From positions 6,355-70,354 of IMG/VR virus record IMGVR_UViG_3300043436_003813: a stretch of DNA of 64,000 nt; one strand, written 5' to 3'. Both the position numbers and the translations under genes were made by a program. Under the pieces are notes generated by a model that saw only the letters and a program-made list of their open reading frames with translations, had not been told where the DNA came from and searched no databases. Origin of the DNA: a virus. This document shows positions 45,874-55,334 of this stretch, one piece after another (positions within the stretch are counted from its first letter, which is position 1; each line of letters starts with the position of its first letter).

Positions 45874-45959
45874 ACCATAGGGGAAACGGGCACGCGAGAA
45901 CAAGAACATTCGCGTGGGAAACTTCTCACTTGCTTTCCTTGGGGCGTTTCCGATAGGGT
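45874..45959. promoter_or_regulatory. Divergent promoter pair (CGTTTC family)
   Basis: Minus: TTGTTC-N18-TATGGT (45903-45874); plus: TTGCTT-N18-TAGGGT (45930-45959); both contain CGTTTC-N3 before the -10 box. Confidence 0.55.
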
Positions 45960-45968
45960 GGAGGGGAC

Positions 45969-46193
45969 ATGAGAATCACTATCTTATCCGCTCATCCGGC
46001 GTCCTGCTTTTTGCCAGCCTCGCCAGCCCATCTCCGCCTCATAGCCGAGAACGCGGCAGAGGAAGATCAAATCAAATCCCTGCTGGCCAATCTCAAGCAG
46101 GGCGGGGCTACCGTCTCCCAATACGGCCAGCCCACCAGCGCAGACTACATGGCCGTGGGGCTGGAAGTGGAGTTGGCTCCATCGCGTTGTTAG
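45969..46193 (+). CDS. Hypothetical protein
   Basis: 74-aa ORF after a promoter; stop lies inside the attC half-site. Confidence 0.55.
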   Translation: MRITILSAHPASCFLPASPAHLRLIAENAAEEDQIKSLLANLKQGGATVSQYGQPTSADYMAVGLEVELAPSRC

Positions 46194-46195
46194 GC
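46169..46195 (-). mobile_element. Truncated attC site (R''-L'' half)
   Basis: GCCTAAC-AACGC-GATGGAGC-CAACTCC; no L'/R' partner found. Confidence 0.7.
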
Positions 46196-46209
46196 CTCTT
46201 TTTTATATT

Positions 46210-46608
46210 TCATAAAGGCTTTCCGTCCGGTCCCAGTAGGCCGTCATCCCAATCACAATTCGTAGTGCTATCAATAATCTGAATCCCGTCACTCTTATGA
46301 CGCCCTTCCATCTCCTCAATCCTGCTCATCAATTCAGAAACCTTCGCCTTTTCTACTTTAAGATCAGCGTCCGACTTCTCCAATTCAGAAAGTCTCGCTT
46401 GGAGCGATATAACAAGCTGCTTCTGCTGCGCCAAGTCCGTGTGCAAATGGAGACATTCCTTCTCGATGCGAAAATAATCCGCTTGGAAACGCGCAGCAAG
46501 CTCTTGGATGGCGTGAATATCCGCGAGGAACTTGCGGTCCTTATGGCTCGCTGCGAGAGACTGAGTGAGCGCAATGAGTGCACTGATAGTGGTAACGGGT
46601 TCGGGCAT
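46210..46608 (-). CDS. Integron-cassette-borne coiled-coil hypothetical protein (cassette B)
   Basis: ATG 17 nt after GTTAGGC and stop 14 nt before GCCTAAC; promoterless; lower GC than the flanks. Confidence 0.75.
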   Translation of the reverse strand: MPEPVTTISALIALTQSLAASHKDRKFLADIHAIQELAARFQADYFRIEKECLHLHTDLAQQKQLVISLQARLSELEKSDADLKVEKAKVSELMSRIEEMEGRHKSDGIQIIDSTTNCDWDDGLLGPDGKPL

Positions 46609-46625
46609 GGTATTGGTTTGGTTCC

Positions 46626-46755
46626 GCCTAACAACCAAGCTGAGCCGCGCCGGTAAAATACTATGAACACCACGACAGCAGATTTTAGCCTCGAACAACC
46701 TGCCCCGAACGCCTGCGTGACCAGCGTAGGCGTTGGCTCTAGCGCCTTGTTGGGC
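46626..46755 (-). mobile_element. Complete integron attC site (130 bp)
   Basis: R'' GCCCAAC-5nt-L'' GCT(A)GAGC...L' GCTCAGC-6nt-R' GTTAGGC, with canonical spacers and an extrahelical base. Confidence 0.85.
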
Positions 46756-46778
46756 TCAGTTTTCATTTCTTATTTCTT

Positions 46779-47018
46779 ATGGATACCAAAACACAAGCAA
46801 GCCCCGCACTTCGGGAGTTTACCATGCGAGTCTCGAAAGACCTGTTGAAGACCGGATGGACTATCCGCGACGACGGAGCCGCTGGGATGCCGGATGATGT
46901 GATGGAATCGGATCTGGGTCGGTCGGTAGCGTCCCACGCCCACCTCCTAGAGCCGGACGACTGGAAGAAACTGCGCATCGAAATACTGAAGCGGGAACTT
47001 GATGCTCTTTCTACCTAA
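46779..47018 (+). CDS. Hypothetical protein in cassette A (antisense to the attC top strand)
   Basis: 79-aa ORF whose TAA lies inside the ACCTAAC box. Confidence 0.6.
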   Translation: MDTKTQASPALREFTMRVSKDLLKTGWTIRDDGAAGMPDDVMESDLGRSVASHAHLLEPDDWKKLRIEILKRELDALST

Positions 47019-47030
47019 CAACCAAGCTCA
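47013..47030 (-). mobile_element. Truncated attC site (L'-R' half)
   Basis: TGAGC-TTGGTT-GTTAGGT; shares CCTAACAACCAAGCT with the complete attC. Confidence 0.7.
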
Positions 47031-47552
47031 CTCCCACTCGGCACACTTAGCATCCGGCAGCAGCACCGCCACCCTGTTGTGCCACCCGTGCACCGAGCAA
47101 CATCCCAGCTTCTTGGGTAGTTCTAGGCCACGGGACAGCAATAGGGCTCGGCGCTCCACATCCTCCATGCCCGGCGCATCCTTGGCCAGCTTCTCATTAA
47201 ATGGACACGCAGCACACTTCTCGTAGCGGGACTCCGCCTCTTTCTTCCCAAGCAACTTTATGGGTGGCTTTTTCCAAAGACCAAGCAGCCATTCTCGAAC
47301 GTCAGAGGAAAGCAATGACTCCTCTTCGCTTGGTCCCTGTTCCGCGCGCTGCACCGCCCACGGGCTGTTCTCCGCCCACGCTTGGGCAAGATCGCCAGAA
47401 ACATCGCCAAGGGGGATGCCGTTGTTCAGGCGGTAGTCGGTGATGCGCTTTACGAGGGCATCCTTGCCATTCGCCTCAAGCAGCGCATTACCCTCCTTCC
47501 ATTTCCACCCGCCCAGCGGGGGGCGTCCGATGTCCTTACGCAGTTTCCACAT
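47028..47552 (-). CDS. Cys-rich hypothetical protein
   Basis: PPLGGWKW; AESRYEKCAACPFN...CCSVHGW...CAEW. Confidence 0.65.
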   Translation of the reverse strand: MWKLRKDIGRPPLGGWKWKEGNALLEANGKDALVKRITDYRLNNGIPLGDVSGDLAQAWAENSPWAVQRAEQGPSEEESLLSSDVREWLLGLWKKPPIKLLGKKEAESRYEKCAACPFNEKLAKDAPGMEDVERRALLLSRGLELPKKLGCCSVHGWHNRVAVLLPDAKCAEWE

Positions 47553-47554
47553 GG

Positions 47555-47788
47555 CTAAGTTATCGTGACAATAAACTCGGCGGGCAAGCCCTTGATGATG
47601 ACGATGTGGCAGTCTTGCTCGTAGCCACCGAGGCATCCCATAGCTATCGCGGCAAACCCAGCCGGGGCCACGGCAATACGCTTGGGCATGGCGCTGTGGT
47701 TCTCGATGTGGCGCACTACGGCCTCCTCCACCATCTTGGCCGCGCGCTCCACGTCCTTCTCGTCCACCTCTAGCTCAATGTCGCTCAT
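47555..47788 (-). CDS. Hypothetical protein
   Basis: 77-aa ORF in the terminase operon. Confidence 0.55.
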   Translation of the reverse strand: MSDIELEVDEKDVERAAKMVEEAVVRHIENHSAMPKRIAVAPAGFAAIAMGCLGGYEQDCHIVIIKGLPAEFIVTIT

Positions 47789-48003
47789 AAGCGTTTCGTG
47801 GCCTCTTTCGCGTCAGCAGTAAGTTCAAACTCGTAGTGCTCCGTCTCATCCATGTCCTGCCAGACCACCATGTAAATCACGCCATTCGGGCGGAAGAGGA
47901 TGCCCGTAATCATACCCTCGTTCTCGTCGTTTAGCGCAAACCACACCCGCTGCCCGAGAGAGAATCGAAGGGTGTCTGGGCTATTCTTCGAGGGACTGTT
48001 CAC
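47785..48003 (-). CDS. Small SH3/YorP-like hypothetical protein (start uncertain)
   Basis: FSLGQRVW...GMITGI...YMVVW...HYEFEL. Confidence 0.55.
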   Translation of the reverse strand: MNSPSKNSPDTLRFSLGQRVWFALNDENEGMITGILFRPNGVIYMVVWQDMDETEHYEFELTADAKEATKRL

Positions 48004-49894
48004 CCCCGGAGACTCCGCCCAATTCCTCCATCGTGTCAACGGATTCCATCTTGGCCACGTTCTGCTCCTCGGCACGTTCATCAGAGCCCACTTGCTCCAC
48101 AAGGCCGGGCAGCACATTCATGCGGAGGCGAACCAGAAGCGGTCCCATCACCACGCTATCCGCCTCGTCGGGCGATAAGCCCTGATGTCGGGCCTTCCAT
48201 TCATCCTTCTTCTCCACGCGCTGCCTGCCTTCTTTGGCCCACTTGTAGCGGCGGGTCGTAAGCTGGGTGTTCAATGGGTGGTTGGGCACAATGGGGTTGA
48301 TGAGGAGCACGCTCACCGTGGGGTCCATCCAGCGCCGCACCGTGAACCACATTTCGCTAATGATGCCGTCGTATTGCTCTTTTGCCGAGCGAATATCCTC
48401 CGACAGTAGCGGCTTATCCGTGGCACCAGAGCCCCAATCCACGGCCAGCACGTCACCCCAATACATGCGTAGGTGGGATGCCGTGCCAAGGCCAGCTCCC
48501 GTGGAGTCAATGGCCACGTTCTCCGGCCTCACCTGCATCTCGTTACACCGTCCCTGTATCTCCTCGGCGGCAGAGATGGTTTGGTCGGCCTTCTCTAGGT
48601 AGATGATCTGGTCGAGTTGAAGGATGTAGCGCGGCGTCTCCTTCATGGTCTGACGGTGGCGGAAGGTGACGTATTGCCCGTCCTGCTTGCGCCAGCCAAT
48701 AGCCTTGCCCCAGCGCCACACGCACATCGTAGGCTTGTCGATGCCGGCGTAGGCCATGTCCGTCGTTACAAGCGTTTCCACGCCGGGCAGGAACGTGGCC
48801 TCACCACGGCACTCTGTCACCCACGCGGGCGGGATGACGCAGGAGGATGAGCCCTTGAGCGGAGGAAATCCACGGCACGCCCACGCATACTTCTCACCGA
48901 AGTCGCCGGACTCCTTTAGGATTTTCATAAATCCCTCGTAGGTCTGGAATCCGTGATAAACCTTCTTGCGCTGAACTACGTTTTCCAGCTTAGCGGCATC
49001 TAGGCGTATTACCCGCCAACCAGACTTTGATTGCCAGTCGTAGATCACGTCAATGTCGTCCGGCACCCACCCCTGCTCCGGCTCTGCAAGGACTACCACT
49101 GGGCGGGCGGTTGAGTCTGGGTTGAAGCAGAGAGTGGCCTTAATGACACCGGACTCGTCTATTGAAGAGAGCGTCGAGCCGAAGTCAGAAAACGGACCAG
49201 CGCCCCATTGCTGGGCCTCGTCTCCAAGCACGCGAACCCGAATGTAGCTACCGAGCGTCTTGTGCTTATGCATGGTGGGCTTTGGCTTGTAGCCCTTAAA
49301 GTGCCCTGTGCCCAAGTGGCCTTTCTGGAACGCCACGCCGGAGAAGCCAACAGAATCACCGCCCTCCTCACTGCCAAGGAAAAGGTCTGTTTCCTTTATT
49401 TTCTGGACCATCGGTATGGTCATTTGGGCTGCTCTGTGAAAGTCCGAGATGTGGGCAAATACGTTCTTGCGCAGGTGGTCTTCCGATAGCGCAGCCACCT
49501 TAACCATTGTTCCATTAGGCCATCTACGCCAGTCAATGTAGTGCCAAGCCGCTGCTGAGTAGGTCTTACTGGAACTCGTAGAGCCCATCAGGAGGAGTTG
49601 ATGATCCTTGCTGTGGAGTGCGGCGAAAATGCGCTTAACGAAGTCGGGCTCGGCGTTGAACAAATGCCCACCAAGCAGAAGCGTTGCGGCGAAGCGATAG
49701 TCGCCACACTCCATCAGTTCGTCCTCCAACTGCCTCAACACCGTCAGGGCATCCTCATGCCGCTGGATGGTGATGCTGTGCCCGCGTATGGCTAGGATGG
49801 CGTTTGCGGCCTCAATGCGGCCCTGTTCGATGTCGGAGGCACCCGTGATGGCCTCATTCAGTAAACGAAGCTGTTCCAGCGTGAATTGGCTCAT
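47981..49894 (-). CDS. terL: Terminase large subunit
   Basis: Walker A GSTSSSKT, Walker B VLGDEAQ, FNP coupling motif; nuclease TTDMA, IDSTGAG, SPDEADS. Confidence 0.85.
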   Translation of the reverse strand: MSQFTLEQLRLLNEAITGASDIEQGRIEAANAILAIRGHSITIQRHEDALTVLRQLEDELMECGDYRFAATLLLGGHLFNAEPDFVKRIFAALHSKDHQLLLMGSTSSSKTYSAAAWHYIDWRRWPNGTMVKVAALSEDHLRKNVFAHISDFHRAAQMTIPMVQKIKETDLFLGSEEGGDSVGFSGVAFQKGHLGTGHFKGYKPKPTMHKHKTLGSYIRVRVLGDEAQQWGAGPFSDFGSTLSSIDESGVIKATLCFNPDSTARPVVVLAEPEQGWVPDDIDVIYDWQSKSGWRVIRLDAAKLENVVQRKKVYHGFQTYEGFMKILKESGDFGEKYAWACRGFPPLKGSSSCVIPPAWVTECRGEATFLPGVETLVTTDMAYAGIDKPTMCVWRWGKAIGWRKQDGQYVTFRHRQTMKETPRYILQLDQIIYLEKADQTISAAEEIQGRCNEMQVRPENVAIDSTGAGLGTASHLRMYWGDVLAVDWGSGATDKPLLSEDIRSAKEQYDGIISEMWFTVRRWMDPTVSVLLINPIVPNHPLNTQLTTRRYKWAKEGRQRVEKKDEWKARHQGLSPDEADSVVMGPLLVRLRMNVLPGLVEQVGSDERAEEQNVAKMESVDTMEELGGVSGGEQSLEE

Positions 49895-50358
49895 TTGTCA
49901 GAGGGGATGTCCACGACTGGCTTGGCGGCTTCCGCACGTCCTGCGCGAGCCAGCTTCTCCATCAGGTCATTCGGCTTCGCGCCCCCATCACGTATGGCTT
50001 CCGTGAGCGCCTGTCCGATGCCTTGTCCGATGGCCGTAGCCGTGCTGCCAATCGGGGGGAGGTTGGCTGGGCGGTCATTGCTGTATGCCAGCGCCCGCAT
50101 CTCCACGATCACCTTGGCCGCGTCCACCATGTCCTTGATTTCCTTGGGCGTTACCTCGCGCTTGTTCACCATGCGGACGGCCACGGAGTCCCACGCCTTC
50201 TGCGCGATGGCCACCGTCAGATGGGTTTGGGAAATGGCTGCGTTCCGGTCAACAGGGATGAACAGTTGCTCGTCACCCATAGGGGTAGGCAACACTACCT
50301 CGGAGGAGGGAACGTAGTCGCGGGCAGCAAGTATTTTGGCTACGGGCAAGTCTGACAT
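49891..50358 (-). CDS. Probable terminase small subunit
   Basis: Helical 155-aa protein coupled (ATGA) upstream of terL. Confidence 0.45.
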   Translation of the reverse strand: MSDLPVAKILAARDYVPSSEVVLPTPMGDEQLFIPVDRNAAISQTHLTVAIAQKAWDSVAVRMVNKREVTPKEIKDMVDAAKVIVEMRALAYSNDRPANLPPIGSTATAIGQGIGQALTEAIRDGGAKPNDLMEKLARAGRAEAAKPVVDIPSDK

Positions 50359-50408
50359 GATGATTTTTCTTGTTTTGGTGAGACGTTTCCTACTAGATAG
50401 GCTGCACG

Positions 50409-50705
50409 ATGGAAGACACCACACCTGTTGGCAAGAAGACTATCTCCGGCAAACGCAGCCGCTACCAGACCTATGTGTTTGACTCGGGCTTTGACGCTGA
50501 TGAGACCACCAACAAAAAATGGCGCGATGTTCTCGGCCCCGAGCGCCTTGCGCTCGGTCTCTATCCCAGCGGGGAAATAGATTATGGGCTTGTGTTGGTG
50601 GGGTTCCGTCATACTTGGTTCAAAAAACGTTTCCGCAAGCTATCCGAAATAAAGGCCGAGAACGCAGCCAAACGGGCAGAGTTCGGGTGCGGCAAACAAT
50701 CCTAA
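50409..50705 (+). CDS. Hypothetical protein
   Basis: First gene of the divergent plus-strand block. Confidence 0.55.
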   Translation: MEDTTPVGKKTISGKRSRYQTYVFDSGFDADETTNKKWRDVLGPERLALGLYPSGEIDYGLVLVGFRHTWFKKRFRKLSEIKAENAAKRAEFGCGKQS

Positions 50706-50707
50706 CC

Positions 50708-51076
50708 ATGAACGACATCCTCACACCAATTACCGACTCGAACACATATTGGGCCTCAAATGAAGATGGAGAGAAGTGGCTAGTGGTTGATGCCAAGATC
50801 GCCCGCCAGCTTGAGCGCGAACTCCACCTCGAACGCGCCCGCACCGCCCGCGCCATCACCATCCTCAAGCAATGCGTCCTCAAGAAAGACGAGACCGACA
50901 CGCTGGATGTGCTGGCCAATACGGTGATGTGCAACCTGAAAGAGTTGGCGGACGCGGCTTGCGATGCTCTACATGAAACCGTGGACGCTCACGCGTATCC
51001 AGATGGTCCGTGCATGGACCGAGAAATACGCAGGCGTCTACGCGAAGTCCTCCGCAACATTCCCGATGACCTTTGA
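50708..51076 (+). CDS. Hypothetical protein
   Basis: MNDILTPITD...ARQLEREL motif common in phages. Confidence 0.65.
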   Translation: MNDILTPITDSNTYWASNEDGEKWLVVDAKIARQLERELHLERARTARAITILKQCVLKKDETDTLDVLANTVMCNLKELADAACDALHETVDAHAYPDGPCMDREIRRRLREVLRNIPDDL

Positions 51077-51303
51077 CGCCATCAACCCCATCTCGCTTGC
51101 CTTGCCCGTCCTTGCCACGCTCATCGTTGCGCGGCTTATCGCCAATCTCCCATGAAGTCCAAAATCTCCGTGTCTCTCGACCACGACCTCATTGAGGCGG
51201 CGCAGGCACAGAACAAACAAACGCAGGCCCCCGTGTCTGCCGTCATCAATCGCTGGGCTCGCGCCGGCAAGGAGCAAGAAGAGAAAGCAAAGCCTAAGTC
51301 CAA

Positions 51304-51489
51304 ATGAAGAACCCCAATGTAATGCTGGTTGTCGCGGTGCTGATAAGCCCGCTGTTTGCCGTCGCAGCCCTAATTGCAAACACGGTGAGCGGCATCATCG
51401 ACGCTGCCTACACCCTCTATGACTTCCCGCGCCACGCCTATGAAGAGGCCCGCGCTGAACAAGCCCAACAGGAGGTGGACGGTGAGTAA
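51304..51489 (+). CDS. Small membrane protein
   Basis: N-terminal TM helix. Confidence 0.5.
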   Translation: MKNPNVMLVVAVLISPLFAVAALIANTVSGIIDAAYTLYDFPRHAYEEARAEQAQQEVDGE

Positions 51490-52303
51490 GCCAAGCCGCC
51501 CCCGCCTCGTGTTCGTTGTCTCTGACATACATGCCGGCTCTACGTTGGCGCTAATGCCCCCTGGATTCACTACCCTTGAGGGAGTAGTCCTCTATCAGAA
51601 CCCCCTTCAAAAATGGCTCTGGGCTTGCTGGTTGGATTCCATGAATTGGGTTAAGCAAGTTTCTGGCAACGATCCTCACGTTCTGGTAGTCAACGGAGAC
51701 GCCATTGACGGATACCACCATAAGACCACGCAGGTAATTAGCACGGACACGGGCGATCACGTTGAGTGCGCGATACATATTCTTCGCGACATGGTTGCCC
51801 GCGCCAACAAAACCTTCTTCATAAAGGGCACGGAATGCCATACCCACAACACCGAGACTGTCCTCGGGAAGGCGCTCAAGACGGAGATAAACCCAGAGAC
51901 GAAGCTGCCATCGTGGGATAAGCTCTATATGGACGTGGCGGGCGTTCGCTGCGTGTTTCGCCACCACATCGGCACATCCACCCGGCGCGGCCTCGCTGGC
52001 ACGCAACTTTCCATGCAGCTATCCGAAGAGCAAGTGGAGGCGGCGAATGCTGGAGAGCCCATCCCGCGCGTCCTCTGCTGCGCTCATCGCCACAAGTTCG
52101 GCATGTATCAGGACAACAACGGGCTCTGCTTGGTGAGTGCGCCGTGGCAGGGACTCAGCCGCTTTGCGTGGAAAGTCGTGCCGACCGCCCGCACCAATCC
52201 TGGAATCTATGCTCTGGATTGGCGCGGACTAAAGGACGGAGAATTACCACGGGTCCACTCCCGAGTTTATGACTGCGAGAAGTCAAAGGCCATTGAGATT
52301 TAA
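51482..52303 (+). CDS. Calcineurin-like metallophosphoesterase
   Basis: VSDIHAG, VNGDAIDG, GTECH, RHH, AHRH metal-binding motifs. Confidence 0.85.
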   Translation: MSKPSRPRLVFVVSDIHAGSTLALMPPGFTTLEGVVLYQNPLQKWLWACWLDSMNWVKQVSGNDPHVLVVNGDAIDGYHHKTTQVISTDTGDHVECAIHILRDMVARANKTFFIKGTECHTHNTETVLGKALKTEINPETKLPSWDKLYMDVAGVRCVFRHHIGTSTRRGLAGTQLSMQLSEEQVEAANAGEPIPRVLCCAHRHKFGMYQDNNGLCLVSAPWQGLSRFAWKVVPTARTNPGIYALDWRGLKDGELPRVHSRVYDCEKSKAIEI

Positions 52304-52306
52304 CCC

Positions 52307-52630
52307 ATGCACACAATCAAAATCATCACAGCCCCCGACCTCGCGGAGATGCTGGCCGCGCTACAGACTAACGAACGTGGGCACCCCGGCCCCGGCTGGT
52401 TTACCGCCGCAGAACTAACGCAGGGCGGAAGCCCGCATAACACGAAAAAGAAGGCAGATAAACTCGTGGATCAGGGCGTGTATGAGAAATGCCAGCGCCT
52501 GGTCAACAGGAACCTGACCACCTTCTACAGAAAGCGCCCGAGTGGTGTTCAACAGCGGCGAACCATGAACCGCGTCCGGGACTCTCTCGCCGGCTCTATT
52601 CCCTCGGGCAAGGGCAAGCGTGCCAAGTAA
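52307..52630 (+). CDS. Hypothetical wHTH-like protein
   Basis: PGWFTAAEL...ADKLVDQG. Confidence 0.55.
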   Translation: MHTIKIITAPDLAEMLAALQTNERGHPGPGWFTAAELTQGGSPHNTKKKADKLVDQGVYEKCQRLVNRNLTTFYRKRPSGVQQRRTMNRVRDSLAGSIPSGKGKRAK

Positions 52631-52701
52631 ACGAACGTGTCAACAACTCCGTAGCAGAAACAGCATTGACAAGGTGAGACGTTTCCCACTTCCCTTATGT
52701 C

Positions 52702-52932
52702 ATGCAGCCTCTCTTCGCTCCCGCTCCCTCCTACGCGCAGCTAGCCCGGCTTGACCGACTCTCCAACGCCATCTTCCGCGACCAAGACCGCAAGCGCCTG
52801 GCGTGGCTCTACGATAACCCCGTCCGCGCAGAATACCTGCGCAGCGTCTCCCATGACCTCCAAGACTTTAGAGAACTGCTTGACCAAGAGATTGCGTCGG
52901 GCACCCCCGCCTTCGACAGCGAACTGGAATAA
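52702..52932 (+). CDS. Hypothetical protein
   Basis: 76-aa ORF after a TTGACA promoter at about 52666. Confidence 0.55.
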   Translation: MQPLFAPAPSYAQLARLDRLSNAIFRDQDRKRLAWLYDNPVRAEYLRSVSHDLQDFRELLDQEIASGTPAFDSELE

Positions 52933-53188
52933 GCGCGTCGTCTGCATCATCCGCGAGTTCCACGGCTCGCATCTCAATCGTGGCCTAGGCTATTGGATCA
53001 CGCTGCGTCCGGCGTTTTTGTTTAGCGGTAAGCGACTGGCGGACGACATGCTCAACCATCCACTCTATACATGGTGCTTTGACAGCGAAGCCGTCGATAC
53101 CATCGGCCAAGCCGAGAAGCTGGCACGACACTACGCCAAGGCACTAGGTGTGAAGATAGCGCGCTACGACGAACGTATCTAACTTTGA

Positions 53189-53410
53189 ATGAACCCAACC
53201 CCGTTCGACACTCTCATCCAGGAACTCCACGACATGGCCGACGAACGCAAGCAAATAGCCGACAAGTATGATGGAGACGATCCCGATTTTGCCTGCCTCA
53301 TGCGCAACCAAGCCGCCTGCTACACGGACGCGGCCACCATCGTATGGGCACACGCACGCCAATATCCTTGCGCTGGCACGCCCGTTTCCGATACACAGAA
53401 CCCAAGCTAA
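53189..53410 (+). CDS. Hypothetical protein
   Basis: 73-aa ORF. Confidence 0.55.
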   Translation: MNPTPFDTLIQELHDMADERKQIADKYDGDDPDFACLMRNQAACYTDAATIVWAHARQYPCAGTPVSDTQNPS

Positions 53411-53566
53411 CGGGTAATCCATTGCCCCGTATGTAGCCAAACAGCCCATTTAGGGTAGTTTAACGCCCACTATGTAATGCACAGTTTTGCGCACGGTTAC
53501 GGCCAGCAAAACTCGCATAGCATCAACAATAAACAAAACCAACACAGCGCATATCGCGCAGATAAC

Positions 53567-53869
53567 ATGAGCACCGACTTCCCCCGACGCCCTCCTGACC
53601 AAGCCAAGATCAAGCTCCGCGCTGACGACGAAATCCAGCAGGCGCGCCTCTGGCTTATCGAGCACCCCGACTACACCATCCGCTTCGACATCTGCAACCG
53701 CTACGGCGGCATCACGGTGCAGGGCATCTGGCATAAGTCAGAGGAGCGCGGCAAGGTTGTCACCTACTCCACTGGTCAGAACCTCGGGAAACACGTCCTT
53801 AGGGTGCTTCGCCGGCTGGAGAAGCACGTGGAAACTGGCAGCGTATGGAACAACGAGGAGCACGACTAA
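53567..53869 (+). CDS. Hypothetical protein
   Basis: ORF from MSTDFP. Confidence 0.55.
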   Translation: MSTDFPRRPPDQAKIKLRADDEIQQARLWLIEHPDYTIRFDICNRYGGITVQGIWHKSEERGKVVTYSTGQNLGKHVLRVLRRLEKHVETGSVWNNEEHD

Positions 53870-53870
53870 C

Positions 53871-54077
53871 ATGAAAACCCCGCACGAACTAGACCAAGAA
53901 GTTGAGGTATCCATGCGCGAGTGGTCGGCCAAATGCACTCGCTGGTATGCCGCCCACCAGCGAGCCACCTACCTGCGCGATGCAACCGACGCCCAGCTTC
54001 GCCTTCAGTTTGGAGAACTTACGGCGCAGGAAATCCGCACCATGCGCGCGGCACTCAACCACATCATCGGGCCATGA
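53871..54077 (+). CDS. Hypothetical protein
   Basis: MKTPHEL...LRLQFGELTAQEIRT. Confidence 0.55.
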   Translation: MKTPHELDQEVEVSMREWSAKCTRWYAAHQRATYLRDATDAQLRLQFGELTAQEIRTMRAALNHIIGP

Positions 54078-54198
54078 CCATCCTATTCATCCTTGGCATG
54101 GTCCTGCTTGCGGGCGCGGCAATCTTCACCCTCGGTTGCTTGTGCCTCATCGTCCTTTTCCTTATCCTTGATCGCATCGTGGACAAGAAGCCAAGTAA

Positions 54199-54405
54199 AT
54201 GAGACCCGCCAAGCACAGAGACGCAGAGATAGCGTCCGACGACCAGAAGCACGTAGCCCGCACTCCGGGCCACCGGCGCAACATCACCGGCCTCTGCCAC
54301 GCCGACGAAGACCGTGCCACCTATCGCGGCACCATGAAACTCAACCTCGGCCTCAACGAAGACTGCCGAACCAAAGAAGAACAAGAACTCTACGGAGAAG
54401 ACTAA
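54199..54405 (+). CDS. Hypothetical protein
   Basis: 68-aa ORF. Confidence 0.45.
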   Translation: MRPAKHRDAEIASDDQKHVARTPGHRRNITGLCHADEDRATYRGTMKLNLGLNEDCRTKEEQELYGED

Positions 54406-54407
54406 CC

Positions 54408-54677
54408 ATGAAACATACCCCTTGGTATCCGCTGCACTTGCAAATCATGCTGCATTACACGCATGAGTCCGTGACGCCAATTGCTTGGACCGATCCAGCC
54501 GGCGGGACGTTTTACCACGACCTCATCGCCGCCGGCCTCCTCATCGAGAAGAACCTAGACCCCGGCACCCCCTCCAACATCGTCATCACCCCACGTGGCA
54601 AAGCCTTCGTGGATATGCTCTGCCAGACCCCCATCCCCGTTCAGCGTTGGACAGACCCACGGGAGGGTATGGCATGA
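54408..54677 (+). CDS. Hypothetical wHTH-like protein
   Basis: LIAAGLL...ITPRGKAFVDML. Confidence 0.6.
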   Translation: MKHTPWYPLHLQIMLHYTHESVTPIAWTDPAGGTFYHDLIAAGLLIEKNLDPGTPSNIVITPRGKAFVDMLCQTPIPVQRWTDPREGMA

Positions 54678-54949
54678 CCATCGGCCAAGACATCATAGAC
54701 GAAATCATCAGGCAGGGCATGGTGCGCTCAGACGACGTGGAGCCCACGGTCCTTATCTGGTCTGCTAACGCCGCCGAGCAGCTAGACGCTCTCGTGGCCC
54801 AAGAAGCCGCAGACATCATGCGCAAGTGGGACTCCGACAGGTATATCTTTGCTGGCGCGCTCCAGCTCCTCAAGGAGGCCGGGCTGGCTCCGGGTTCAGA
54901 GGAACTGATTGCAGCAGCCAAGCGGGCAGACCAAAACAAAAGCGCCTAA
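54674..54949 (+). CDS. Hypothetical protein
   Basis: ATGA-coupled ORF MTIGQD. Confidence 0.55.
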   Translation: MTIGQDIIDEIIRQGMVRSDDVEPTVLIWSANAAEQLDALVAQEAADIMRKWDSDRYIFAGALQLLKEAGLAPGSEELIAAAKRADQNKSA

Positions 54950-55004
54950 GCCATACTCAGTATGGCAATCGCGTAAAACCAAGGTTATCAGTATAGACAA
55001 ACTC

Positions 55005-55277
55005 ATGAAACTCACCCAAATCAAAGAAACCTACGAACAGGAGATGCACACCTGCGGGCCAGAGGACATCGGAACCTATCACCAAGGCGTCCCGGCCACC
55101 CTCATGGTCCGCACCGAATCCCCAGATGGCTTCGGCTCCTACGTGGTAATCAACGTCACGGAATGGTCTTTTGGCGACGACGCCGAAATAGACGCATTTG
55201 CGGCCAAGATAAAGGAAGTGCTAGTCAAGGGTAACGCGCCCCACAAAACCCCGCCAAATCCAAGGGAAACGGCATAG
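55005..55277 (+). CDS. Hypothetical protein
   Basis: MKLTQIKETYEQE...GSYVVINVTEWSF. Confidence 0.6.
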   Translation: MKLTQIKETYEQEMHTCGPEDIGTYHQGVPATLMVRTESPDGFGSYVVINVTEWSFGDDAEIDAFAAKIKEVLVKGNAPHKTPPNPRETA

Positions 55278-55334
55278 GCGTGCGGAATAGCCAAGCGGAT
55301 GGACAGATCGCGGCACACCAACACCCAACTCACC

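Noticed and set aside
46353-46848. ORFs MKTEPNKALEPT... (46353-46766) and MNTTTADF...GVGSSALLG (46663-46848)
   Set aside because: Most likely read-throughs of the attC palindrome; the first overlaps the better cassette ORF out of frame. The second cannot be fully excluded as a leader peptide.
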